64,000 nucleotides of DNA from the human T2T-CHM13v2.0 reference genome, Homo sapiens. Positions 1 through 12,990 of this stretch are shown here, piece after piece. The stretch lies in the NCBI RefSeq assembly GCF_009914755.1, contig NC_060930.1; one strand, 5' to 3'. Position 1 is the stretch's first letter, and the number at the start of each line of letters is the position of its first letter. Made by a program: the position numbers and the translations under genes. The notes below the pieces were generated by a model. It searched no databases. It saw only the letters and a list, made by a program, of their open reading frames with translations, and had not been told where the DNA came from.

Positions 1-96
1 CGGACCTTGCAGTGAGCTGAGATCAGGCCATTACACTCCAGCTGGGTGACGAGAGTGAAGCTCCATATCAAAAAAGCAAACAAACAAACAAAAAAA
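1..96 (+). mobile_element. Alu 3' end and A-rich tail, cut by window edge
   Basis: ttgcagtgagctgagatc...actccagc..gggtgac followed by an (AAAC)n tail. Confidence 0.92.
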
Positions 97-274
97 CTGG
101 ATTCGGCCATTTTAGGATAATCGTTACAATAATTCTCCCTTTTGGTCTAAGGTTCTCTTTGTGTCAACATGAATATTTGGTGGCTTGAACTAGCTACTCG
201 GGAATATTTTAAATCTGCTTATTGCCTTGTGTCTTTTTTGAAATCTTTTTATATACATTACTTCATTTGATATA

Positions 275-380
275 CAGAATTTTAAACCTAGAAGAGCCTT
301 ATAGTTCAGGAGTCCATTTCTACCAATGGAACACTGGCGGCCCAGAGAGTTGGTGGCATTCATAAATCACATTACTTATA
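275..380 (-). mobile_element. Degraded MIR-family fragment
   Basis: Resembles acagaat...ctagaag..cctta...ggcccagagag of the MIR core. Confidence 0.45.
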
Positions 381-798
381 AGAGGTGTTTGCATGACATT
401 TTGAATTGACTGCTTTGAAGCCATGGCCATTTTGACATTAGTGACTTTTTCTTTTTACCCTAAAAATCAAACAGTTTAACAATCAGCTAATTTTTTAATT
501 ATGGGGAAATATGAGCAGCAGACACACATGTCCTCCCCATGCTACCTGTGGAGAAACCATGAAGCCATCGCAGACTTTCCTCTGTAGTCACCAAATCCAC
601 GTCTCCACTGTTGTGATATATACATGTGTTGTGATTATATTTTTTAAATTCTGGATTTTTGGTGCTTTTCAGTTTAGTTATTTTTGGAGGGCAGGAATGA
701 AGCAAGCTGGAAAACAATACATTAATAAATCTTTTGAATATTTTTTAAAGATGTGAGCTCATCTACTTTAATATGACACTAAAGGAATGTTCTGGTGA

Positions 799-1332
<534 letters not shown>

Positions 1333-1525
1333 TAAAAGAATTTTTCTTGGTTTTTGAGATGGCAATGAGGCAAAATCAGACATTGCGTTCCACCTCTGCT
1401 GACTAGCATGTCCTTTCATTTAAGGCTTCCAAAGATCATGGAATCTTAGACATTTGGAGCTGATTTCTGTCACATACATATATATTTCCTAATTTTTGTG
1501 GCTTTCCTAAAGTTGCCCTTCTTCC

Positions 1526-1831
1526 TTTTTTTTTTTTTTTTTTTGAGACAAGGTCTTATGCTGTAGCCCAGGCTGGACTGCTTGGCAGGATCATGATTCA
1601 CTGCAGCCTCAAACCCCTAGCTCAAGCAATCCTCCTATCTCAGCTTCCCAAGTAGCTGGGACTACAGGCATGCATCACCATCCCTGTCTATATTTTAAAT
1701 TTTTTCTAGAGACAAAGTCTCACTATGTTTGCCCAGGCTGGTCTCAAACTACCAACTTTAAGCAATCCTCTCTCCTTGGCTTCCCAAAATGCTGAGGTGC
1801 CTCCCAAAGGTGTGAGCCAACACCCCCGGCC
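1526..1831 (-). mobile_element. AluJ, full length, intronic
   Basis: Poly(T), then gagacaaggtct...cactgcagcctcaaac...gtgagccaac..cccggcc; degenerate TSD taaag(t/c)tg(c/t)cct. Confidence 0.93.
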
Positions 1832-2507
1832 TAAAGCTGTCCTCCTAAATACCGCATATGTTAAAAAAAAAAAAAAAGATAGTTAAATCATATGTTTGAG
1901 ACCTACCTTAATAGCCCCAAAGAAGAATGTTCTGTCTTTTGAAAACATTTTTAGTGGATAATATTTCTTCCTGATAACTAAAAGCAGATTTTAAAGATTG
2001 GGAACAAAACAGACCAATAAAAATAGGAAGTTAAGGGAATTAGAGAGACCTGTGACCTTGAGTCACCAAAATAGGCTTTGTGTGTAGGCTTCTTTGGTGT
2101 CTTTCTCCTAAGTGTAGGCCAGTCTTTGTCTTCCCTAAACATGCATCTATACATGAAAGTAGTATTTTTGTGACAGGCGATAGTGCTTTTTTTCCTTCAA
2201 AGGTAGATCTTGTTAATTTAGATAAGGGAAATCTGACAGAAGTGTAATCTGGTCTTAAAGTTAATACAATTCTTATGTCTTAAATTATGTATTATGCTAT
2301 AATTATTGTATTAAATTATGTATGATGCTACAATTCTTATGTGTTAAAAAACACAAAAAACAGCACAGTAAACCTTATCCATGTACAAGCACAAATCCAG
2401 TTCTGTAGCATGTATAGATACACATGTAATACTTACAGTTTGATATCTTTAGGACGTCACCTCATTACTTTGTCACTTTTTTCCTTCCTGAAAGTTCTTT
2501 GTAGTAA

Positions 2508-2765
<258 letters not shown>

Positions 2766-4134
2766 TAGCAGTTCTTGAAAACATTTTAAGAAGTTGTTAA
2801 CCTCAGGTATGCAACATTACTTGAGGGAGATATGCTGAGGTGAACTGAGCAAGCATGTTTCCACGGTTGATTTATTACCTTGGATCTAAAGTTATATTTT
2901 TTGTATCTGACTACACAGTTAGTAACAGTTTTTCATTTCTTATTCTGTATATCTCTATTATGCAACCTACTGCTAGATCTGTTACTTTTTACAAAAAAAA
3001 TAGCTGGTATCTATTAAGTATGCAAAAGATTAATATGACCTGTCAAATGCAGTCTAAAACTGTAAGTTTTAAAAGGGCAGTAATAATATCCTTTTCTCAC
3101 TCTTGATTAGTGTTGGACCCAGTTGTAGTGCCAAGAGATATCTTTAGGCCTCATGATCTCCATCAGTATCCAAAAATCACTCCAAGATTAAAAAAAACTG
3201 GTGTCCTGTGATGGGTGCTACTAGCATTTTCTCATTCTTATGTAAAATGTGATTCAACACCTCTGTAGAAAATGTTGCCATTTTTATTGCTCTCTAACAT
3301 ATCATGTAAGTAAAAATAAGAAAAACGTGTGCTTGCCGTGAAGCCTCCTGGAATCTTCTTCCAACCAGGTTACATTTCTTAATCCTCATCTATGAAGAAA
3401 TTCTGCAATAATAATTAGTATGTTATTAGTAATAACATAGATTTAGTCACTATAGATTTAGTTTCTAAAAATACTAATAAGATTTCACAGGGCAAGTATA
3501 TATTCACTAAGTATCAAAGCAGAGTGTTAATATTTATATGAGATGGTTAAAGTCTTCCAATGAGATTGATTTCAGACTAGCATAAGTAGAGGGCATTGAC
3601 ACGCAACCAGAGCATAAGGGAAAATGAAATCAATTTCATCTCTCCTCACTCAGTGTACCTTCCCAATAATTCAATAGGAAGTACTCCTTCTCTTCCTGTC
3701 ACTGTCACACATGCTCCCTGAGCAGAATCTAGCAGCTCATCTTCTGCTATCTGCAAATGGTCATTGCTTCTAGGTTACTCTAATGAAGCAGAAAATTCCA
3801 CTTCAGGAAGTTTTCTCACCATGAGACTAAAATGTACTGTGTTGCTATTGTTACTATTAGTTCTGTTTACCTGAAGAGATAGTGGAAGCTTTGACGAAAC
3901 ATAGGTTAAGAGTAGGGTGGAGTCTAAGCTTTAGTTTATCAGAGCTGGCTTACAAGTAGATTACAAAGTGTGCTGCAGGGTAAAATGAGGGGATAGAATA
4001 AGTGGATAAGTAGTGCAAGGAGAATTGAGTTCAACTATTTCTTAAGTATAAAGCCTGGTTCTTAGACAGAGAGCACGTCATGTCAGCAATAAGAAGGCAG
4101 CAACCATATATGAGAGAAATACAGGGCTAGTGAG

Positions 4135-4880
4135 CCAGTTAATGAATTTTATTGAGAACCGACTAGGAGCCAGACCCCATTCTAGATGTGAGGATATGGT
4201 GGTGATCAGGCCATAGTTCTTGCCTGTAAGAAGTTTACATTCTAGTAGAGGGACAGTAAGGCAATAAATACATGAGCAAATGCATTAAAAAGATAATGTC
4301 AAGTACTCTGAACCTGATTAAATAGAGTAAAATGACAGACAGTAAAGGAGGAGCTGCTTTCGGTAGGACAGCTGAGAAAGGAATCCTGAGGCAGAAACAT
4401 TTGAGTTGAAAGCTGAGTGATGAGAAGGAGGCAAAGATGTGAAGATCTGAGGGAGGAGTTCCAGGCAGAAGAAACAGTGAATGCAGAACCGCTGAAATCA
4501 GAATAAATTTGAAAAAATCAATGGGCAGAGAGCAGGCCAGTGTGTCTTAAGCATGTTGAATGAAGGAGAGAGTAGAGCAAAATAAATAAAAAATCAGGGG
4601 CCCATCTACATAGGGTAAGATGCTTGGTTCATGTTCCAAGGGTATCGGAAGCCACTATGGCATTTGAGACGAGTGAAAGTTTGATCTACTCTTCAGCAAT
4701 ATCATTCTGGTTGCTCTCGGGAAGGTGAGTGGGTGAAACAAAGGTGGAGATCATGGGACCAGTCAGGAGGCTGCTGTGTTGGTCCAGGAGAGAAAAGATG
4801 GTGGTTTGAACTACAACCGTGAAAGTGCAGATGGAAAGAGGAGGTTGATTGGGGGATATATTTTGGCGGTAGCACTTAAG
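4135..4880 (-). mobile_element. L2 3' region, intronic
   Basis: tttattgag...tttacattctagtagagggacag and the purine-rich tract after it match the reverse complement of the L2 3' end. Confidence 0.75.
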
Positions 4881-5028
4881 TTGAAATGGAGTTTTCTTTG
4901 TGAAATATGTAGAGGAAATAATTTCTGGGAGACTAGCAAGTGGGAACAAATGGAAGAAAAAATGATTGCTCTGGTAAACCATACAGACTCAAATTTAGAA
5001 TAGGTATGTGTGCTAAGTGCAAAAATAA

Positions 5029-5289
<261 letters not shown>

Positions 5290-5945
5290 ACCACCAATGT
5301 GGGAGGGGGTGCTAAAACTTTAAAAAAAATCTCTACTGTGCAAATATCATTATTCACTCAGACTTCCATAAGAGTAAATAAAAATGAATATGCAGTGGCT
5401 GACATTGTTTTAAAGTCACTGGTACTATGGACAACTCCATAGTGAATGGAGATACTTGCAGAGCTTGTCATGCACACTAAGAGTTTAAAATGTGAGCTCA
5501 TTATTAATCATAGTTTCAAAATTATCAAATAAAACCAGTGAAGATCTGAAGATGCAAACATTTCAACTATGAAGATTTACATTTCACTTTCTAATTTATT
5601 AAACATCTGTGTGCCTTTTTATCTTTGGTTTCTTTTAAAAAGTATATTTAATGCCTTTACAATACCTTTAATTTATTAGGATCTCAGAATCATTGTTTAC
5701 TATCCCTTATTTGACAAAAAGTCAAATGTGTATGTTCTACCTCCAACGGAAATGTTTACAAGGTCAAGACTTAATTCAATTCAGACAAGACCAAAGTTGC
5801 TTGACTTCAATTCCTGTGCATTAGTGTGATGATTTCTGTCACATAGCAGCATTCCGATTCTATGTAACTGAATGGAGATGATAAGTGCTTTCCCCTCTTT
5901 ATTTAAAAAAGATTAAAAGGAATAAAAGAAATAATGTATGGAAAT
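5290..5945 (+). other. RFX6: RFX6 3' UTR (end approximate)
   Basis: AU-rich, repeat-free sequence between the stop codon and the distal poly(A) signal. Confidence 0.75.
5912..5926 (+). terminator. RFX6: Likely main polyadenylation signal (ATTAAA 5912-5917, AATAAA 5921-5926)
   Basis: Two hexamers followed ~30 nt later by a GU-rich element (ggcttggtgctcttggggctggtactgtttctg). Confidence 0.7.
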
Positions 5946-6829
5946 ATTTTTAAAGGCTTGGTGCTCTTGGGGCTGGTACTGTTTCTGAAGAATGCTGGGG
6001 ATTTACTCTTTAATCTCAGCTCCTTTGGAAATGAGATTAAGGAGTCAAGTAGTGTGGTTAAACACTATAATTTAAAAACATTTGCATATCATATCCATGC
6101 CTATACATATAAAGAAATTGTGAATTGTAGACTATTTGAACCTTTTCAGATTTAGAAGCAGTCTTTTACCAAGTACTTTCTTATACATTGAAAGTCAATG
6201 AGTGTTCAGGGATTAGCTAGATGCAAAGCCTAATTCAGAAGTGAAGGAATCATTACATATAAATTAATACAATTTGATAACACTATCTATCTTTCTACCT
6301 CTGTTTCTTTTTCTTTTCCATATGTCTTCACTGAAAGGTCTGTTGTAAAGTTCCTGGCCTGTGGTAGGAGACTTCCATAAACTTTACAGGCTTCTCCTAT
6401 AGTCTTATGACAAGCCTCATATTATTTGTATTAAGGATTAGGTTACACTATAAACCCCAGGTACATCGTAAAAGGATCTATAAGACCCAGATACTCATTA
6501 TACATCATGATGGAATTTGGTAAAACAAACTGTGGAATTTTTTTCAGCAAGCAATAAACAATTATCTGTGGACCTGTCAGAGTATTGCTACCATTTGCTT
6601 AGTTGTATGTTCAACAGTATGCAGTTTATAATTTAATTAATTGAACAGAAAAAGATTATAGCAGTAACAAATCACAAAGAATAGCAAATGTTCTATTCTT
6701 TGATCTAGAAATATTGTAGAAATACAGAGGAGAAAATTAATAAAGACTTGGAATTAAGTAGTAAACAAAACAGCTTTAAAAAGCGTTTGGCCATAAGTCT
6801 TGAAAGTTAACCAAAATTTTAATGTATAC

Positions 6830-7190
6830 TAATTAAATACATGTTCAGCCTCTATGTGTCAGACACTTCATTATATAACAACATGGAAGATACAAAGATG
6901 GGAAAGACACTGTCATACCTTATACATTTTTGTGTAACAATGTAGGGGTAATGTGATAGAAAATAGAAGCTCCTAGAGGATTTTTGAGTAGAAAAGCAAC
7001 GTGGGGAAAGTGATGTTTAGGGAATATCTAACACTAGTTGGAGAGAGGGGCTGAATTGGATAGCGGAGAAATTAGTCTGAAAAGGGGCTATTTGGAGGTT
7101 GTTTCTCTCATCTAGATGTCCGGTGGATAAACACAGAGAATACTTGGAAGCAGAGGGAATGAGATCAGGGAGAGAGAAAGAAGCATCATT
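6830..7190 (-). mobile_element. Degraded L2 fragment
   Basis: ctatgtgtcagacact...gatacaaagatg..aagacactgtc resembles the antisense L2 end. Confidence 0.5.
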
Positions 7191-7482
7191 TCAAAAGAAT
7201 GTATTTAAGGATTTTCTCTAACCCTGTTTGCAAAGGATTTCCCTACCCTATTTGTAAAGCATTGCAGTGTAAATAATTTGCCATATATTGATGCCCTTTT
7301 TGTAAACGAGAGAAAATGACCCAGAGCAGGGAGAAGCTTACAAGACATGTGAACAGCATCTCTGGGTCTCATTTGCACCTGGCTGATAACAAGGTGCTCA
7401 ATCTTGACGTCAAGAGACAGATGACTAACTTGCTCTTTTTGCCAGACAGTGGGACTTGAGTTTATCTCTGTTAAATGCATAA

Positions 7483-7690
7483 CAGTGTTTCTCCATGCAG
7501 GCACTATTGGCTTTCAGGCAGGACAGTTCTTTTATCTCACTGTTCTGCATATTGCACAAGATTTATATCCCTGGCTCTCAAACACTAAATCTCAATAGAA
7601 CTCCCTTTCCCAGTCACTGTGACAACCAAAAACACCTCACATTTTTTCAAATGCCTCTGGAGAGGCAGTGCTAGTTCTCCTTGAATTAAA
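7483..7690 (-). mobile_element. MER20-like hAT-Charlie DNA transposon
   Basis: cagtgtttctc...ggcactattgg...tgtgacaaccaaaaa...caaatgcctctgg. Confidence 0.7.
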
Positions 7691-8034
7691 GGTGACAACA
7701 TCTTTAATTTTACCTAGAAGGAGCATGAGACAATATAATACCTCTCTGCCCTTCAGTTACACTCATCATTTAAAAATGGTTTCCTTCATGGATCTAAGCC
7801 TGGGTGCTCAAGGCATTTTCTGATATTCTTGTTAATTTTAATAGGTTAAAGGATCTTGCCTAGCGTTTTAGTGTTTCTGTTTCCAAAAGCAAGTATATTA
7901 TCCCTCAAGTAGTTTTTAGAAGTTGTGAAGTATCAATTATAAAGTGGCCTGTTTCAGCTAATGCTTATGTGAAATGCAAAATTAAGGTTAGAAATCAGAA
8001 TTCAAAAAATGCTTGCTTTACAATTCAATTATTT

Positions 8035-8177
8035 TATTTTCTTTTTCAATTTTTAAACTTTTTGTAGAGATGGGGGTCTCTCTATGTTACCCAGATGGGT
8101 CCTGAACTTCTGGGCTCAAGTGATCCTCCTGCCTCACAAAGTGCTGGGATTACAGGCATAAGCCACCGTACCAGACC
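8035..8177 (-). mobile_element. FLAM / Alu left monomer
   Basis: tttttgtagagatggggg...gggctcaagtgatcctcc...gggattacaggcataagccacc. Confidence 0.88.
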
Positions 8178-8284
8178 TATAACTCAGTCCTCGAGTAGTA
8201 TTTTTCAAATGTTATGTTACGGTGTGGTGGCTGCTATAGATAAAAGACCTATTGACAAATGAATGCTCCAATTCACTCAGTAGA

Positions 8285-8470
8285 TTTTTTTTTTTTTTTT
8301 AGACGGGGTCTCACTGTCTCCCAGCTCGAGTGCAGTGGGCGATCACAGCTCACTGCAGCCTAGGCTTTCTAGGCTCAAGTGATCCTCCCAAAACTCCTGA
8401 GTTCAAGTGACCCCCTGCCTCAGCCTCCTGAAGTTCTGGGATTACAGGAATGAGCCACTTCAATCCTGGC
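8285..8470 (-). mobile_element. AluJ with internal deletion
   Basis: Right arm joins the left arm directly without the linker; degenerate TSD tcagta(g/a)att. Confidence 0.85.
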
Positions 8471-8764
8471 TTCAGTAAATTCTTAATAGAATTTAGAGAC
8501 CAAGAACCTGTTTTACAACAACTTAAAACCCAGCTATGTCATTAACATAGAATCACATATCACAATGGACCTGGTTTATTTTCCTCTCTGCAGGTAGTGT
8601 TGCACTAAGAAAAATTAGAACTCTCATCAGTTATATGTTCCCAAGCATGCTTTCAGGTCAGAATATTTAAACAAAAATTTAAGCTAAATTCCCATTATAG
8701 TTGTAATGTAAAATCCTTTCTCTTTGTTCCCCTTTCAAAGAAGAATCCAGGAGACCCTCAAGGT

Positions 8765-8948
8765 CTAACATGCCCAGAGCCTATTTTGGAAATGGAGGGG
8801 GGATGATTATCACAACGCCGAAACAGGGAAGGCACACTGGCATTTAGTGCCAGGACCATGCATGTGAATGTCCTGCAATGTGTGGGTCAGATTTGCACAA
8901 TGAGGAATTGTCTTACTTCAAAAGCCAATAATGCTTCTATAAGGAAAT
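8765..8948 (+). mobile_element. MER20-like DNA transposon fragment
   Basis: actggcatttagtgccagg...gtcctgcaatgtgtggg...gaattgtc...gccaataatgc. Confidence 0.55.
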
Positions 8949-9047
8949 GAAGGCAGACCAGTAGGCTATGAGGTGGTTGCCACAAAGCTTTGCCCAATAA
9001 TGACGCTTCATATTATCTAACATCTAACTAATCCAATCAGATAATCT

Positions 9048-9710
9048 CAGATGCTGGTGAGGTTGCAGAGAAATAGCAACACTTTTATATTGTTGGGAAA
9101 TTAGTTCGACCATTGTGGAAGACAGTGTGGCAATTCCTCAGAGACTTAGAACCAGAAATACCATTTGAGCCAGCAATCCTATTACTGGGTATATACCCAA
9201 AGGAATATAAATCATTCTATTATAAAGATACATGCATATGTTCATTGCAACACTATTCACAATAGCAAAGACATGGAATCAACCCAAATGCCCATAAATG
9301 AAAGATTGGATAAAGAAAATGTGGTACATATACACCATGGAATACTGTGCAGCCATAAAAAGGAATGAGATCATGTCCTTTGCAGGGACATGGATGAAGC
9401 TGGAAGCCATTATACTTAGCAAACTAATGCAGGAAGAGAAAACCAAACACTGCATGTTATCATGTATAAGTGGGAGCTGAACAATGAGAACACATGGACA
9501 CAGGGAAGGGAACAACACTTTCTGGGGTCTGTTGGGGAAGGGCAAGTAGGGGAGAGCATTAGGGAAAAGAGCTAATGCATGCTGGGCTTAATACCTAGGT
9601 GATGGGTTGATAAGTGCAGCAAACAACCATGGCACATGTTTACCTATGTAACAAAACTGCACGTCCTGCAAATGTACCCTGGAACTTAAAAAAAAAATTA
9701 TAAAAAAAAC
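9048..9710 (+). mobile_element. 5'-truncated L1, older L1PA type: ORF2 C-terminus, 3' UTR and poly(A)
   Basis: ORF 9298..9480 (WIKKMWYIYTMEYCAAIKRNEIMSFAGTWMKLEAIILSKL) is the L1 ORF2p C-terminus; typical L1PA 3' UTR and A tail. Confidence 0.93.
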
Positions 9711-10265
9711 ATCCTCAGGAACTGTGACTGCAAAACTCACACATAGCCTAGAGAAAAAAACAGGCAGAAGAGTAAGGCTGGGAGAGGGAGACAGAGAAAA
9801 GCAGAGGTAGAGAGAAGCTGAGTTGTGAGTAGGGCCCTGGGCAGCAATGGTTGGCCCCCTTTGGTTGGCCTCCTCTAATGGGACACTGAAATGACAGCTT
9901 CCCAGACCTGCAGTAGAAACCAGAGCTGCAGCTGTGCCATCTTGACCAATGATAAACAATGCCCAGTTCTCTTCTGCCCACTTACTTGAGTTTGCCCTTG
10001 GAAACTTAAATGGACGTGGTCTTTGTATAGTCACTCAAAGTACAGCTGCTTTAACTATACTACCAGGTATACTACAGTATGTTTCCTCTTCTGTAGAAAA
10101 TTTTGATAAATAATACATTAGTGGTTCACTGATTTTATTTTTCAACAAATAAATCTCTTCTTATACAAATGCAGTCCATTAAAATAGGACAAAAAAATAC
10201 TGTCAATTCTTGAAAGTCAGCCTAGGTAATGCATTTTCCTTCCTTACCCCTCCAAAAAGGAGACA

Positions 10266-10270
<5 letters not shown>

Positions 10271-10328
<58 letters not shown>
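10271..10328 (+). repeat. (AG)n microsatellite, ~29 units
   Basis: Read directly from the sequence. Confidence 0.98.
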
Positions 10329-10329
<1 letters not shown>

Positions 10330-11362
10330 CAAGAGAAGGAGGGGAGGGGAATAAAAAGGAGGGGAGTGGAGGGGAGGGGGTAGGGGAGGAAAACCTTTGA
10401 GATACATCTTGTGAAACCCAAACCCGAAGTTCTAACTTTTTTAAAAAGCAGGACGCAAATGAGAGTGATATGTCTGAACTCCCTGGAAAGGAATATTACA
10501 GGGACTTCGGTTTCTTTATAACAGGGAGTGAAATTAATTGCCATACAAATGTTACAATAGCAGCTATGAGCTCTTGTAAGGCCTGGAGTAGTAAACTGTT
10601 CACGCTGTATTTTGAGGATGGATTTACAATCCAGGGTGAGATATAGAAATTTATACAAAAACCTTCCAGAAAAGTAAACAGTAGTGATTATGGCATACAG
10701 GACATTTTGTTCTTTGGGAAAGATAAGAAATGATGAATTTATATAAAAGGTTATTATACCATCTCATTCAATTATTGAATTTTAAATTAAATCCTTGAGT
10801 TTGTAAATGGCAGAGAACACAACCTGTCCATTTCAAAAGCACACTGATTAAATGAAAAGAAAATAAATTGTAGTTATTCCTTGATTATAGGCATTAGCAA
10901 TGACTGGAAAAGATTGGTAGTTGTAAGCAGACTCTGAGGAATGATCTATTCACTAATTTTGAGACATTTAACCGTAAAATAAGGTCTCTGTGTTCTTACT
11001 GATAAAAGGCTTTAATTAGTTCTCTAATATCAAAACCTTATAAATACAGTTTGCTTTTCACTGATCTTGGCTATATAATACCATCATAGAAATGTTTTCT
11101 ATTATAAAAACAATTTATTTTCCACAACAAGCAACATCAATTTTTACTTAGTTTTTTAAAGAATCTAATCCAGCTGGAGAGGTCTCTGATTTTTCCCAAA
11201 TCTCTCTTTAAAAATCTATATTTTCAAAAATATTCATGCGAAGTTTATGAGGATAAAATTGACCCCTTGTTAGTTTGACCCTTTTACTTGTCATATGATG
11301 AGGTTGTAGTAGAAGACTCTGTCCATCCAATGACATGGGAAGCTTTGGACATATAAATGTAA

Positions 11363-11785
<423 letters not shown>

Positions 11786-11815
11786 TATTTTCTTTCTTTT
11801 TGAAAAACGGAATTA

Positions 11816-12093
11816 GGTTGGACACAGTGGCTCATGCCTGTAATCCTATCATATTGTGAGGCTGAGGCAGGAGGATTGCTTGATGCCAGGAGTTTGAGAC
11901 CAGCGTGGGCAACATAGTGAGACCTTGTCTCTACAAAAAATAAAAAAAGTCAGCCACATGCATACCTGTAGTTGAGCTACTCAGGAGGATGAAGCAGGAT
12001 GATCACTTGAGCCCAGGAGGTCAAGGCTGCAGTGAGCCAACATTATGCCACTGCACTCCAGCCTGGGTGACAGAGCAAGACCCCCTCTCAAAA
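11816..12093 (+). mobile_element. AluJ
   Basis: gaggattgcttga...gcccaggaggtcaaggctgcagtgagc. Confidence 0.9.
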
Positions 12094-12103
12094 CTAGACA
12101 AAT

Positions 12104-12405
12104 AGCCGGGTGTGGTGGTTCACACCTGTAATCCCAGCACTTTGGAAGGCTGAAGCAGGCGAATGAATCACTTGAGGTTAGGGGTTCAAGACCAGCCTGG
12201 CAAACATGGTGAAACATGGTCCCTACTAAAAATACAAAAATTAGCCGGCCCTGGTGGCGCCTGCAATCCCAGCTACTTGGGAGACTGAGGTGGGAGGATC
12301 GCTTCAGCCCAGGAGGCAGAGATTGCAGCGAGTCGGAATTGCACCACTTCACTCCAGCCTCGGCTTCAGAGTGAGACTGCCTCAAAAAATAATAAATAAA
12401 TAAAA
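12104..12405 (+). mobile_element. AluS, directly after the AluJ tail
   Basis: agccgggtgtggtgg...ctactaaaaatacaaaaattagcc...(AAAT)n tail. Confidence 0.92.
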
Positions 12406-12524
12406 GAATTAGAAAAGCCAATGCATGAATATTGTAATGAGATAACGTTGTAGTGATCTCAGGTTGGTTAAGTTTTAAGAAATGAATGTGTTGAAAGTTC
12501 CAAGAAATAGTCCCTTTTATCCCA

Positions 12525-12990
12525 CATTTTAATGAATATGTCTGCTCACACTGGTGATAACAAGAACAGACAAGATTTCTTCCCTCATGAAGCTAATAGT
12601 TATGAGGGAGGGCAGACAATAATCTAAACATTTGCACAATTAATTACAATTAAGAAATAATTAATTGAAAATGTGAAAAGTGAAGGCTGCTGAGAGAAAT
12701 GATAACAAGAGTTAGGCTCATGCAGGTGTGTGCAGGACAAGGTATAGGGCGGGGATAGCTGGTCAGGGAAGCTTCTTGGAAGAAGCAACGTCTAATCTGA
12801 GACCTGAAGCATGAGTAGGAAGTGGGTGGTGATGGGGAGAAACTTTCTGGTGGAGAGAGAGTGGTAGCGAGCAGCAGAACCGCTTGTTCAGGACAAGAAT
12901 CCAACATGTGAGGAACTAAAGACTGGTCATCAAAGTTGAAAAGATGTGGCAGATCACAGAGAGCTAGGGAGAGCGGCCAGAACGAGTCGG
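12525..12990 (-). mobile_element. L2
   Basis: acagacaag...ccctcatgaagct...gggagggcagacaata...ggtcagggaagcttc...tctgagacctgaag. Confidence 0.75.

Noticed and set aside
2262-2350. Imperfect AT-rich tandem (aaattatgtat.atgcta, caattcttatgt)
   Set aside because: Ordinary low-complexity slippage in an intron.
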